Source: Pelomyxa schiedti (lineage: Eukaryota > Protista > Evosea). Taken from it: a stretch of DNA of 64,000 bases. A program made the position numbers and the translations under genes. Where the stretch lies: contig JAHLWZ010000826.1 in NCBI GenBank assembly GCA_020536535.1, positions 1 through 64,000 of the forward strand, in the 5' to 3' direction. The notes under the pieces are model-generated. The model did no database searches. It saw nothing but the letters and a program-made list of their open reading frames with translations, and had not been told where the DNA came from. Shown here piece by piece: positions 37,067 to 48,600 of the stretch; within the stretch, counting starts at the first letter, position 1; the number at the start of each line of letters is the position of its first letter.

Positions 37067-40058
37067 CTAGTCGAACCAATTCACAGGGGAAAGGAAAGAA
37101 AGGATGAGGCGGACAGTGGACAGTGGCAGCCTCCCAATAAAATGTGGTTGTTGGTGTCCAATGTGCCCTGACGATGGTGATGGTGATGACGATTGAACAT
37201 TGGCGTTGCGCAGCCAACAGAGGAGAACAGTCCTGAGGATGTGTACCTTGAACCACCATGGGAACATTCTGTGCAGTTGTGGGTCCCACGTTGGTGTGTT
37301 GTTGAAGAACCGCCGCACACTCGGGTGATGTGAATCAACTGGTTCCCCACGTACCTTCAGTGTGTTGCCATCGCCGAGGGTCGATTTGGGAATGGAAACG
37401 CCATGGCACCACAGCAACTCGGCAATGTCACGGAAGCCACGTTCCATAGCAACTAAAAGGAGTTGAGAGGGAATGTGTTCTGGTTCACACAACGGCAGAA
37501 GGTTACAAACAGCCCCATAAGCACCATCGTTCACTACCGAGGCCAAGACCTCGGTTTTAAACACCCCTGGCCACATCGCCATGAGTCGGCATACTTTGCT
37601 GTAGTCAGCGTGTCCATCAACTTGGTGCTGCAATAACCTCAATACTGTGACATAGCACTTTGTTACTGTTGGGCACTGCAGAACCTCTTGGATTTTCTCC
37701 TGATTGCAGGCACCGGCATGCTGATTGGAGCACAGTGACCGAGGCAACTTCCTTGGCTCAGATGGGGCAATTGGTTGAATTTCACTGATCAACATTGCTT
37801 TCAGCAGTGGAACCCACTTCATTGGGTCGTTACGTGATTTCCCAAGGATTTCCTGCATGCATTTCCTTCTGTCAGGGGCATGACTCCAAAGAGATGCCAC
37901 AGAACATTCATTCTCCTCAATCATAGACGGAGGTGACAGACAGCACAACTGCGTTAAAGAGGAGAAGCAACTAGAACTGAGGGTTTGTGCAGTTGTTACA
38001 GGGGGCTCTGATCCCAGCAGCATAAAACTGGAAGCGAAGCATGATGATAAATCTATTGTGATGGTCTTCACTCTCATCCCAAAGTGCGAACGGTACCGGT
38101 AATTCACGGATTGGAGGTGGGTGGATAAAATGTCAAGGGAGTATACAAAGGAGAGAGGCCTTCCTTCCCGCAATTTCTCTCCTGCTGCTCTGACTTGTTG
38201 TTCTTGATTGTATTGGGTGATGTATCGCCTGGCTGCAACTGAATAAAGAGGATGGTCTTTCACTCTATCAGAACAAAACTTCAACATCTGAAACAGCAAT
38301 CCATCGTACCAGTAGTGGAGGCACTTGGTTTCCAATGACTTCTCAAACAAAAGTTCGACTGACCGGGAGCTCAACTGTTCAAACAGTTTCTTGATACTGA
38401 AAAGAATCCCGAGAATTACTGTTGAACAACCATTTGGAAGTGTGAGGGCCTGCATTGCCAGACTCTCACTGACATTTCCTCCTGTGACAATTACCGGGAT
38501 CATCAACAACGCTGAGACGACCTTGAGAAGCTGCTTGTCACTTCCAAGGTGATCCTCCACAAATTGGAGAATAACCTTGTGTCCGCTCACTGTGTCAACA
38601 GAGCACAACGTGGTGACTCTGGAAATAACATTCGGCACGAGCCAGTGGAGCCTGGTGCTGAAAACTTCCTGCAATCCAAAGCGTTCACAAAATTTGAGAA
38701 AGCCTGTGATGAGACGAGCTGTGATATTTCTCTGTCTGAGAAATTCAACGACGTCGTTCGAAGCGTGCAGAGGCAAAACATCCCACCCATTCATCCAACG
38801 AAATGGGGGATTCAAGCCTCGAGCTTCCGAAAGCTTTGATACAAAGGTGTCACAGAGCTCATTGACAACCTGTGGCAGCAGTGGCCCCAGGTTCACACAA
38901 CACGTGAACAGTTCTTGCTGAGTATTATGCGACTCCTTGTTGAAAATAACCTGCAATTTGTGTCCAAATGGAACGAAAAAGTGCCTGCAGTTTGGAAGCC
39001 ACATCAACTTCTTCAGAACACTCATAACCAGCTCATCAAGTTCCTCATTACCATTCCTGCAGGCAATCTCAAACAATCTGCCAAAGAATGGCCCTGCACC
39101 AACAGGCACCAAGGCGTTGAAGTCATCAAACTCTGAGATGAACAACTCGGTAATGAGATTCACACACTCACAAGCCACCATGTCGTAGTGGTGCCTGCTA
39201 CAGCCACTCCCACAATCTCCTCGGTCTCTGCCTACCAGCGAACCATGAGTGGGCCTCACTCATGGTTCCTGCTACAGCCACTCCCACAATCTCCTCGTTT
39301 CGGTGCCACACAGTGAATATTTCCTCGGAACTGTGGCCAAGTGCCCTCATGTACTTCCAGAAACGATGGACGAGGTCGTAAAAGCCATGGTCGTAGTAGT
39401 CATCATCAGTATCTGCATCAAGCATGGACAGCACTTTGGCTTCCGCTATGGCATCAATGTTTTCCAGGTTACGCAGCATTTCATCAGTGCACCGCTGGTA
39501 GGCAGAGACCGCTCCGTTTATTCTGCTCCATTCATTATCCTTCTCCCCAGAAAAACTTTGGTGCTCACCTTGTGTTGCTGTTGCTGTTGTGGTTGCCACT
39601 GTGGTTTCCCCTGGTGCTTCTTTCAGGACTTCTTCTGGATTTTTCATCTTTCCTCCTCCCCCCACTGGCACAAGTGCCTCGTCTTCCAGTGCCTGGTTGA
39701 TAACGCCCTCTATCTCCGACAGCATAGCTGCCCTTTCCACCTCGGCCGCGGAATTCATTGTTTTCCTCAGATTGGCCAGCTCGCGGCGCAGGGTCTCGCA
39801 CAGCAGCTTCTTCTCTCGCCGGATCACGATGTCCTGCCACCACACCGGGTCCTCGTCTTCCTCCATCTCCTCGCCCTCCAATCCGCTGTTGTAGTCGTCG
39901 TCGTCGTCGTCTCCATCGTCGCCGCGAAGTTCCTCGTCGATGAACTCACCCACGTCGCCGTAGTCCTCGTCGTCGTCGTGGCCATTCTTGTCCTTGTCTT
40001 CTTCTTGGCTGCTGTTGTCATCGTCGTCATCCTTGCCATTCTTGTTGCTTTTTTCCAC
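37067..40058 (-). pseudogene. Paralog of 32650-35430, split by a 52-nt frameshifting insertion; no in-frame ATG before the acidic tract
   Basis: ORFs 39198-40058 and 37067-39259 both align to the intact paralog. The upstream ORF opens at GTG just after an in-frame TGA. It could still be expressed if a cryptic intron is used (see findings). Confidence 0.7.
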
Positions 40059-40120
40059 CCCTCAGTGATCAAATCTTTTTTGTCTGGAGAACCGCTTTAC
40101 GCACACCCCACGAACGGGCA

Positions 40121-41869
40121 ATGTTCCAACAGCGAACACCGACGGTTGAGCAGGCGGGAGCCAAACCGCCAGACGAGAAAACTCTGCTTTTGCAAAAACG
40201 TCACCGCCAAGCGACACACCATGGTGGCCTCTGTGAAAAGTATGGTACAAAAAAAGTTGTCTTTGTCTCCACTGTGGTTTTCTTTGTGGTAGCGATTGGG
40301 GCCTCAGTTTTTGCCGCGTGCTGGTTTTTAATTGACTGGCAGGGATTGACCAAGTGTGTTTTCTCTTCTCTTTTTCTTGTATTTTCACAAAATTTTAAAA
40401 TTTTACCACCCAGGTTGAAGATACCAGCCCCATCTGGGTTTTCAAATCCAAGTGTGGTTGTTCAAGGGAGAGACTCTACAATTTCCGTTCATACAGATAT
40501 CAATCTCTTCTCACTTGTTGTACCCCACCGTCTCGACAAACTGGTCAGTTTGGATGACGGGAGTCTACACTATGTTATGCAAAGTGATGGGTCTCCTGAG
40601 GGCACAACTGTGACCATCGACATCGATGGCGACTCTGCAACGGGGCATGCCACGTGCACTGTGAGTAGTGTTTCCTCTCTCACTCAGGGTTCTGTAAAAC
40701 TGGACATTTCTTGCTCCGGGAAAGCGGCAGTGAGAAAAGACGGCTTTGAGACAGTGAGAAGAGGCCACACTCAGATCGCAGGTGACTTTGCGGCAACTTT
40801 ATTCTGCACCGTTGCAGTCAGCCTCACAAATGACTGGCGTCTTATTGGCAATCCCTCAGTGGATGTGGCCTTAGGAAGAATGATATCTCATGATATATTT
40901 GGGGACTCTTTTCCAGGTATTTTTGGAGGTTGGATGAAATCAAAGACCCCACAGGTGAGATTCTCTTTCAATCTCACATTTTACTCAGTCACATGATAGA
41001 TTGAAGCTTGGATGGCTGAAAGATTCTCCCAGTCTCCAATGCGTGAGAGGTTAAACCGGATGTGGCAACGTCTCAATGATGCTATTCAGATAAACACTGT
41101 TGAGCTGCCAGACCACAAAGCTGAAGGTGTGTGGCTGCAACTAAATCCGAACGCATTGTCAGTGTCACCACTCACATTCTCTGGAGTGTGGATGCATGTT
41201 TCCATGGACCTTTCCTGCAAACCGGTCATTGCCCTTGGTTATAAACCAGCCTCTAGCTCTCCTGTTGCGGGGTGCCCAAGCTTCTCTTCCGTGATCTCTG
41301 ACCGCGGAATTGATGCAGCACTGGCATTTCACCTTCCTTACACTGCATTACACATGGAAGCATCGAGACTGCTGCCGTTTGTGATCACACCCGATTCAAT
41401 TTATCGAGCAAAAATAACAGTGAAATCTGTGCAACTTTACCCTTCAGGGAGAATGATTGTTGTCACAGTTGATGTTGATGCCCTCAGCCGAGTTGGCAAT
41501 GCCACTGGAGTACTTTATCTCTGGGGCGAACTACAATGGAACTCAGCCAGCAGTACACTCTCTGTTACTGATGTTGACTTCCACCCTGAAACCAAGCAGT
41601 ACATCAACAAGGTGTTTTTATGCACTGGCTGGTTGCTCCATGACAGTCTCAAGGAATTTATTTCAAACCAACTCAGTTGGAACCTGGGCCCTCACCTTGA
41701 GAAACTCAGGCAGCACCTGTCTGAAAACCACAGATCCTACAGCTGGGTGGACAACAACTTTGATCTCCACAATTTGGATCTCCAGAGTGTTGTTGCTGAT
41801 GACTCTGGAATCACTCTCATGGGTTCCATCACAGGCCAAGGTTCCCTTTCTCTCAAGCCGCTGCGCTGA
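40121..41869 (+). CDS. DUF4403-like type II membrane protein (copy 2), 3 exons
   Basis: Collinear with copy 1 (QGRDSTI, SDGSPEG, WLQLNPNALSVSPL, LSVTDVDFHPET), with the same two intron positions and a TM segment VVFVSTVVFFVVAIGASVFAACWFLI. Confidence 0.7.
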
Positions 41870-42585
41870 GACCCTGAGACCTATGGGTCGGTTCAGGGCA
41901 ACGGTCCCGCCGCTGCACAGCACCAACACATTGTTACAAAAAAATAACCCAAACAAGATCTCTGATCTGTTAGCGGAACGAATGGTTTTTTCTCCTAGTG
42001 ATGGCACAGTTATGGTCGCGAACCACAGTGTAGAGTTCGACCCAGCAGGGCACGTAAAATGCATGCGATGGCGTGTTGGTAATCCTGAATATTGTTTTTT
42101 TGGCTGTTTGTGAGGCCAGCGCGGGTGGACTGTTTTCACTTGTGGCAAGGAGTGCCAGGCACTGAAACATCAACCAAGGAATGCAACCTTTTCCGATGAA
42201 TCTGAGTGTTTTTCTCCTCCACCGACCATTTAGCTGGCGCCACCAAGACTCCCCTCCCGGTATGTCCTTCTTCCGGTTCCACCAAGCTCTGGGGGCCTCT
42301 CCCCACATCGCACCAAGAAACTGCCTCACGGCAATTGGGCTCCTTTCCTTTTTCCCGGTCTCCTCTGGGTGTGCCCTCAACTATCTCCTCCAGCTAACCA
42401 ATGCACAGATTTTGTGACGGGCTGCTGTTATGTTCATGACTTCAGTGAGTCGGCAGCAAACCTGGTTTGTCCCATTTATCGTCTTTCTGCTTCTAACATC
42501 CACCAGGTTCACATGACAATTATTTTATGTATGCACCTTGGTCCCTTTCCGAATAAATTTTTTTAAAAAAATAAAGCACACTTTA

Positions 42586-45453
42586 CTAGTCATTAACATC
42601 TGTGTAATGGTACTTCTCTGTTTGAAGGTTTACATCCACAACCGGTTTCTCAGCTTGGATTTTGTCTAGTGCTTGTATTTTATTGTTGTAAACCAACACT
42701 TCCCTGTTGATGTCATCTCTCTTGATCTGAATTTCTGTTGTCAAGGCTGTTATTCGTGTCTGAGTTTGCTCCAAAGTTGCCTTGTGGCAATCCAGTTGCT
42801 GCCTTGTACTGTTGATGGAAGAGTCAAGCTTATCCATATCCTTTGTCAGTGCATGAATATTTTTCTGTATTCTCTTTTCCTGCAACTCCAAATGAGATTT
42901 GTCCTGCTGAAGCTTGTCAAGCTGTGAGTTAAGCTTTGAAATATTTGCATTCACTTGGGTGATATTTTGGGTAACTGTGGTTATGGCCTTGTTTATAGAT
43001 GATATACTGTGTTTTACATCAGTCAACTGTGACTCCACCTGAGCCTTCTCGTGACGAAGTTCATTGCACTGATGTTGTAAGTCCCTAATATTCCGTGTCA
43101 CTCCCTGGATATCCTTCTGAATTCTTTGAACCACACTCTCAGTCCGTTCCACCTTTTCTTGTGCTCGCTCCAGCTCTGCCTTTTTTGTTGTGACCTCACC
43201 TCTGCATCTCAACTCTTGCTCAGCGCATTTGTTCTTCACCACCTCTGCAGCAGCTTTATCCTCCATTACTTTGTGCAGATTGCGCTCTGCAGTGGTCAGT
43301 TGTTGCTGTACATTTCTCTTCTCTTCCAGCAGCTGTTCCCGTGTCATCTGAGCATATTTGTATTTCTCCTCTGCAGCACTTAAACCCTGCTTTGCCGCCT
43401 GTAGCTCTCTTTTTGCTGCTGAATCCCTGGCAGAGGACCTTGATTCTGCTTCTTTTCTATTCTGCACTTTTTCTCTACACACGTTCACCTTCTTGTTTAT
43501 TGCTTCTGTTTCTTTTCTCTGTGCAGTTTCATTACGCTCTGCATTTCTTGCTTCCTTTTTCTTCCTTTCTTCGTCACCCTGGTTTTCTGATAACTCCTTC
43601 TTGCTAGCTTCCAATTGCTGCTGTGATGTTTGAAGGGCTTTCGATTGTGCTTCCCACTTAGATTTTGCTTCTTCCACGTCCTTCTCACATCTCTGTTGCC
43701 TCTCTTGTGCTTGCTGGTGCTGTTCAGTTGCTGCCCTGTGTTTGTCTTGTGCACTCTTAACATCTCGTTGCGCTTGTTTTTCTGCATTCACAGCTTGCTT
43801 GCTTTTGACATCGACGTCACGTAGAGCAGTCTGTGCTTGGGTGTTTCTCTGAGTGCATGCTGTCAGTTGGTTGTTTGCATTTACTGTGGCCGTTCTTGCA
43901 GCATTGACCTTTTGGTCACAAGCTAATTTCTGTTGTTGCGCCGAATGTAAGGCTGTTGTGGCTTGGGCAAGCTTTGCTTGAGCAGCCATAAGGTTCGCTT
44001 GGGCAGCTGTGTGAGCAGCCGCTGTGGCCGGCAAACCAGCAGCAGATGCTGCAACTGATGCCTGGGCAGCAGCAACTTCGGCAACAGCAGCTTGCTGCTC
44101 TACCGTAGCTGTGGCAAGAATTGTGGTTGCTTGGGCCAGTGCTGCCTCGGCTGCCCTCTGCTGTTGAACGCAGTTCTGGTACTGTTGCCTGGCGTTCTCC
44201 ATTGCTTGTTTGGCTTCAGATGCCCTCTGAGTAGCCTCACGGAGGCGCTGTTCTGCTTCCAGCTTCTCCTGAGTCTTGGTCTGCAGGTTGGCTCTGGCAG
44301 ATTCTTCAGCTCTCTTTGCTTGTTCAAGCGCTTGATTTTTTTGGGTCACTTCTTGTTGAACCTGTCTCAAAGCTGCTTCTTTATTTTGGTGAGCGGCCTT
44401 GGCTTGGTTTGTTGCTTCAGCAGCTTGTTTTGTTGCTTCTTGCCGCTGACTCAATACTCTCTTCGCAATTGCCACGGCATCCTTTGCCATTTTCCATGTT
44501 TGAGAAAGCCTCTGTGCAAGTTGCATTGCCTGTTGCAGCAGATTTTGCGCTTTATGTAGCTCTTGCGAGAGAGAAGTGAACTTCCCCATTGCTTTCCTGA
44601 GAGCCTGTTCGGCTTTATGGTGTTCTTTTCTGCATCGATCGGCCTGAATGTCGGCATGCTTTTGCTGCTCCCGGAAAACTGCAACAGTTTTCATTGCTTT
44701 TTCTCTCACGTCCTCTGCCCTGGCTTCGTTAGCGCTGACCAGCTCAAGGTGGTGTTGTACAGTTTCCATCAAGTCCTGCACTTCTTCCACCCTCTTGGCC
44801 GCCAATTCCACACGATCCACTGTTTCTCTATATTGCTTCTCTGCTTCCCTCAAGGCAAGTTCCGCGACGTTCAGCTCAGCTTCGACCCGAATCACTTCTT
44901 GCACTGCCTTGTCTCTTTGTCTCAGTGCTTCTTCCAGCTCAGCTTGCATGCGCTCAAGTTCTCTTGTAAGTTGTTGGAGTTCGGCTTGTTTCTCCTGTAT
45001 TTGCCTCTTAAGTTCCTCCTCGTGCTGCTTGAGCTGCTCCAGATGCTTTTCCAGTTCCTCCTTTTTCTCTTCCAACTGTTGCTTTTGCTCCTCCATATTC
45101 TGTTTCTCCTCTTCCAGCTTTCTAAGCTCCTCCTGTTGTTTGCGGAGGTCTTCTTCAACTCGTTTGATCTCTTGGGCTTTGTGTTCCAGTTCCAATTGAT
45201 TGTCTTGAAGCTCCATCTCAAGTTCGTCAAGTTGTTTTTGCAGTTCCCTTTGCTTCTCCTCCAGCTGTTGTATTACTTCATTCAGCTTGCCAATCTGAAG
45301 CTGCAGAGCGGCTTCCCTCGTTTTTTCTTGTTGAAGCTGCCTTTCCAGTTTCGCGACATCGGTCTGAAGACTGTCGAGATGTTGTTGCATTTTCTGTACA
45401 TCCTCTTTGAGTTGCTGTTGCCTTTGCTGTTGAAAGTTAAGGTGAGCCGCCAT
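42586..45453 (-). CDS. Long coiled-coil protein (~955 aa) with a central Ala-rich apolar segment
   Basis: Uninterrupted ORF, Q/E/K/A-rich heptad-like sequence; central AAVAEVAAAQASVAASAAGLPATAAAH. Confidence 0.8.
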   Translation of the reverse strand: MAAHLNFQQQRQQQLKEDVQKMQQHLDSLQTDVAKLERQLQQEKTREAALQLQIGKLNEVIQQLEEKQRELQKQLDELEMELQDNQLELEHKAQEIKRVEEDLRKQQEELRKLEEEKQNMEEQKQQLEEKKEELEKHLEQLKQHEEELKRQIQEKQAELQQLTRELERMQAELEEALRQRDKAVQEVIRVEAELNVAELALREAEKQYRETVDRVELAAKRVEEVQDLMETVQHHLELVSANEARAEDVREKAMKTVAVFREQQKHADIQADRCRKEHHKAEQALRKAMGKFTSLSQELHKAQNLLQQAMQLAQRLSQTWKMAKDAVAIAKRVLSQRQEATKQAAEATNQAKAAHQNKEAALRQVQQEVTQKNQALEQAKRAEESARANLQTKTQEKLEAEQRLREATQRASEAKQAMENARQQYQNCVQQQRAAEAALAQATTILATATVEQQAAVAEVAAAQASVAASAAGLPATAAAHTAAQANLMAAQAKLAQATTALHSAQQQKLACDQKVNAARTATVNANNQLTACTQRNTQAQTALRDVDVKSKQAVNAEKQAQRDVKSAQDKHRAATEQHQQAQERQQRCEKDVEEAKSKWEAQSKALQTSQQQLEASKKELSENQGDEERKKKEARNAERNETAQRKETEAINKKVNVCREKVQNRKEAESRSSARDSAAKRELQAAKQGLSAAEEKYKYAQMTREQLLEEKRNVQQQLTTAERNLHKVMEDKAAAEVVKNKCAEQELRCRGEVTTKKAELERAQEKVERTESVVQRIQKDIQGVTRNIRDLQHQCNELRHEKAQVESQLTDVKHSISSINKAITTVTQNITQVNANISKLNSQLDKLQQDKSHLELQEKRIQKNIHALTKDMDKLDSSINSTRQQLDCHKATLEQTQTRITALTTEIQIKRDDINREVLVYNNKIQALDKIQAEKPVVDVNLQTEKYHYTDVND

Positions 45454-45610
45454 TATTGCCAAAAAATTAATAACTCAATAGAGAAAATCGGTTGTGCTTG
45501 CATGTACCTCGAAAACGAAAAGTTGGTACCAGTACCAAGTAGCAACTTTCACCAACAACTTCGTGGATAAGAAAATCTAACGACAATCAAAAACAGTAAG
45601 CAACACGCGA

Positions 45611-48600
45611 ATGTCGGAATTGTCTGCCGTGTGGGATTTGGTGTCACTCAACCGGGAGTTGGACCCAGGCTCACATTTGGACGTGGACTCGCTGTACGGG
45701 CTCTTCGCAAAAAATTGCACCAGTTTCCAGTGCACCAAGGAGCAAATGAAAGTATGCATTGAATCTAAAACGCTGGAGGAGGCCGAATCCAAGTGGAGAG
45801 AAGAACACCCAGAAATTCCACAGCCACCCGCACCTCCGTGCTCCAGAACCTCCACCTCTGCAACAACCTCCAGCCCAACTGCATTCACGCCTACGTTGTC
45901 GGCCGTCGTTCCACTACACACCGTAGCAAACCACACGGTGGCGATTGAAGTGTTCCACCACTCGAGAGTGTCCCACACTTATTTCTCCGCCAACCCCGCC
46001 GAGGACACATACCTCCGCCGCGCAGTTACTACCCTTATTTCAAGCGGCGATCAGTACACCCCCCGCGAAGTCGACAGGTATGCCCCGGTGCAGGTAGTAC
46101 GCGGCGCCGACCTGCGCGGCGCGTTCTCCTTTGATCCACTGGAAGGACTCATGGAGATATTTGTGCGGCGCAGTGATGGCGGCTCATTCTCTGGATTTTG
46201 GAGGGGCCGAGTGGCTGACGGGAGGGTCACGCACACTCTGAAAGTTGTTGAGAGTGATGACCCCGATATCGTGCCGCTACACCAGCCGGTTATTGCCGAA
46301 GTCCCCCCTTCTGAGCAGTCGGAACCAACAATGCTGCATCCACGGGAGCCATCCAAAAAAAAACCACGTGTACAACCACAATTACCTCCAAGACAGAAAC
46401 AGTCATCAGATCAGACACTGACAGAATGGGTTGATAACTGTTATGCCCTGCACCGCCGACCCAACGCCGAGAGCGCTGTTAGAGCTCTTGAAGCTGCGGC
46501 AATTTTCACCATTGAACAACTCTTGGCCATTCCAACCACATTGCTTCAGAGCGTTCCGAACCTGTCAAGGGGCGACTGCGCATTCTTGCTTGAACAACGT
46601 GTTATGCACCAGAAGATGATTACGCGGGACTCGCCCTATAAAGATGACGACCAGTGCAAGGAAATCGTGGTCCAAGCCAAGCTACACAGAGTGAGACGCT
46701 ATCTCCACTACTACAGTGGCGGAAAGGCCATCGACAACTTACGCCTCCTGGATCCGGATTGCGTTCGGCGGGGTATTGAGCAACTGGAGCACACATTCAA
46801 GAACCCACCTGTTATTGCGGCAGTACGTGAGTTCATGGATACGTTCACCTGCACTTCAGCCCCCCCGATCAGAGGGATGTTATTATATGGGCCCCCCGGT
46901 ACCGGTAAGACATTAATCATTGAAGCTCTGTCAGAGATGTGTGGATTGGTGATGGTGGAGCCAATAATGATGGCTGCGGAGCTGAACCGGGGGATTGTTG
47001 GTGAGACAGAGAAACTCATCCACGACATCTTCTGCCGTGCTTTGAAGCTCCCGTACCTTCCCTGCCTTGTATGCATTGATGAAATTGACTCTGCTGTTCC
47101 AAAGCGAGACGAGAGTGGTTCCGGTGGCGGCAACCAACATGCTGCTGATAAGGTGGCTGCGATTTTAGGCTTGATTGGAGGTGGCACAGATGTTGCCAAC
47201 TTGTACATTATTGGAGGCACGAATCGGAGGGAGGCCATCGACACCGCAATTCAGCGCCGCCTTCCAAAACAAATATACGTTGGGTATCCCGATAGGTTGA
47301 GCAGGTTCCAACTTCTCGACAAGTGGTTGATCACCTCCAAGTTTAGCGAACTGCTTCGAACAGAAGCCCTGTCTGATCGACTGGAAGCAAGACCGAAATT
47401 CTTCTCCATCACCCTTCTAGAGTTGATTGCTGACCTCACACTCAACTTCTCAGGTGCGGCTCTGAGAGAATTGTGCAATGCCCTGATGCGCAACTTTGAG
47501 GGGTGGGCCCTAAACACCAGTCCATCGTTTGGCAGAGTATCCTATGACGTCTCTGGTGATAAGCACACTATTCGTCAGTCTGGGCAATTTGTTGCCTTCA
47601 TGCACCACGCTCGTGATGTCTCCACCACCTTCAACCTCAAGGTTGGGTCAGTGTGTTTGGTGGACTTGCTTTCTACAACCACTGAGTTGACCACTGAGAC
47701 AATCCGACGCCAGGTGTGGATAGCACCCCAATTCGTGTCCAAAAGGGTGTCACCTGAAAGGAGAACCCCACCACCTACAACAACCGCCCCAACACTTACA
47801 ACAACAACACAGTGTGGTACATCTCTTGTAGTGAAAAGAACATCTACACCATCCCTAACCGAGAGAAGATCATGGGTGGAAATGACAACAGGGCTGATTG
47901 TCGTCAGACCAAATGAAGGTCTCCTATTCCAGTGTGAGGTGCTGAAGCTTGAGGGGGCAGGCACGTTGCTGCACAAGTTTATTCCATTGAGACCTCTGTG
48001 CCCAGACTGTAAGAAATATGCTGTGGACTGGTGTGTGGTCGAAGGACGCAGGTGGATCCGCGAGCATGTCCTGCGAATTGGGTTGGAGGTATTTCCAGCA
48101 GTGAACGAGGAGGATGACCACATGCTGGAGGCCACATATAAAAAACGAAAAAAGCTGGCTGAGAGGCAAGACCAAACAATTATCACGAGCAAAGTTGACA
48201 CGATATCAACGGAGGATATCCTGAGGGAAGTCACAGCACTTGCCACACTCCGTGGGTTGTGCCGCGTGATCTACGTGGAGCTTTCCAGCTTCATCCTTCA
48301 CAGCGGCGCCAACACTGAGTCCAAATACCTTGAGGAATTCACCATCCTCGTCAAGCAAGCCATCGCACCTGGAAGCCGGTGCGTTCTCGTTCTAGACATG
48401 GACTCGCTTGCAGGTGCTCAGTGGAGTTCCAGCGAAGGCAGCTTCGGCTCCCGCACCTTCAGCATAGGAAACAGGCAGCTTTTTGACCTTGCCGTGAGCA
48501 CATTCCTCAACTGCCGCCGGCGAATTTCCGCAGAGAGCAACGTGGTGATACCTTTGGCCCCTGACCTCCAGAAAGGGGAGTGCTGGTGCGTTGCCGTGGT

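Noticed and set aside
41950-42560. Possible further Roco/COR remnant
   Set aside because: No alignable nucleotide block or diagnostic motif against 17324-20400.
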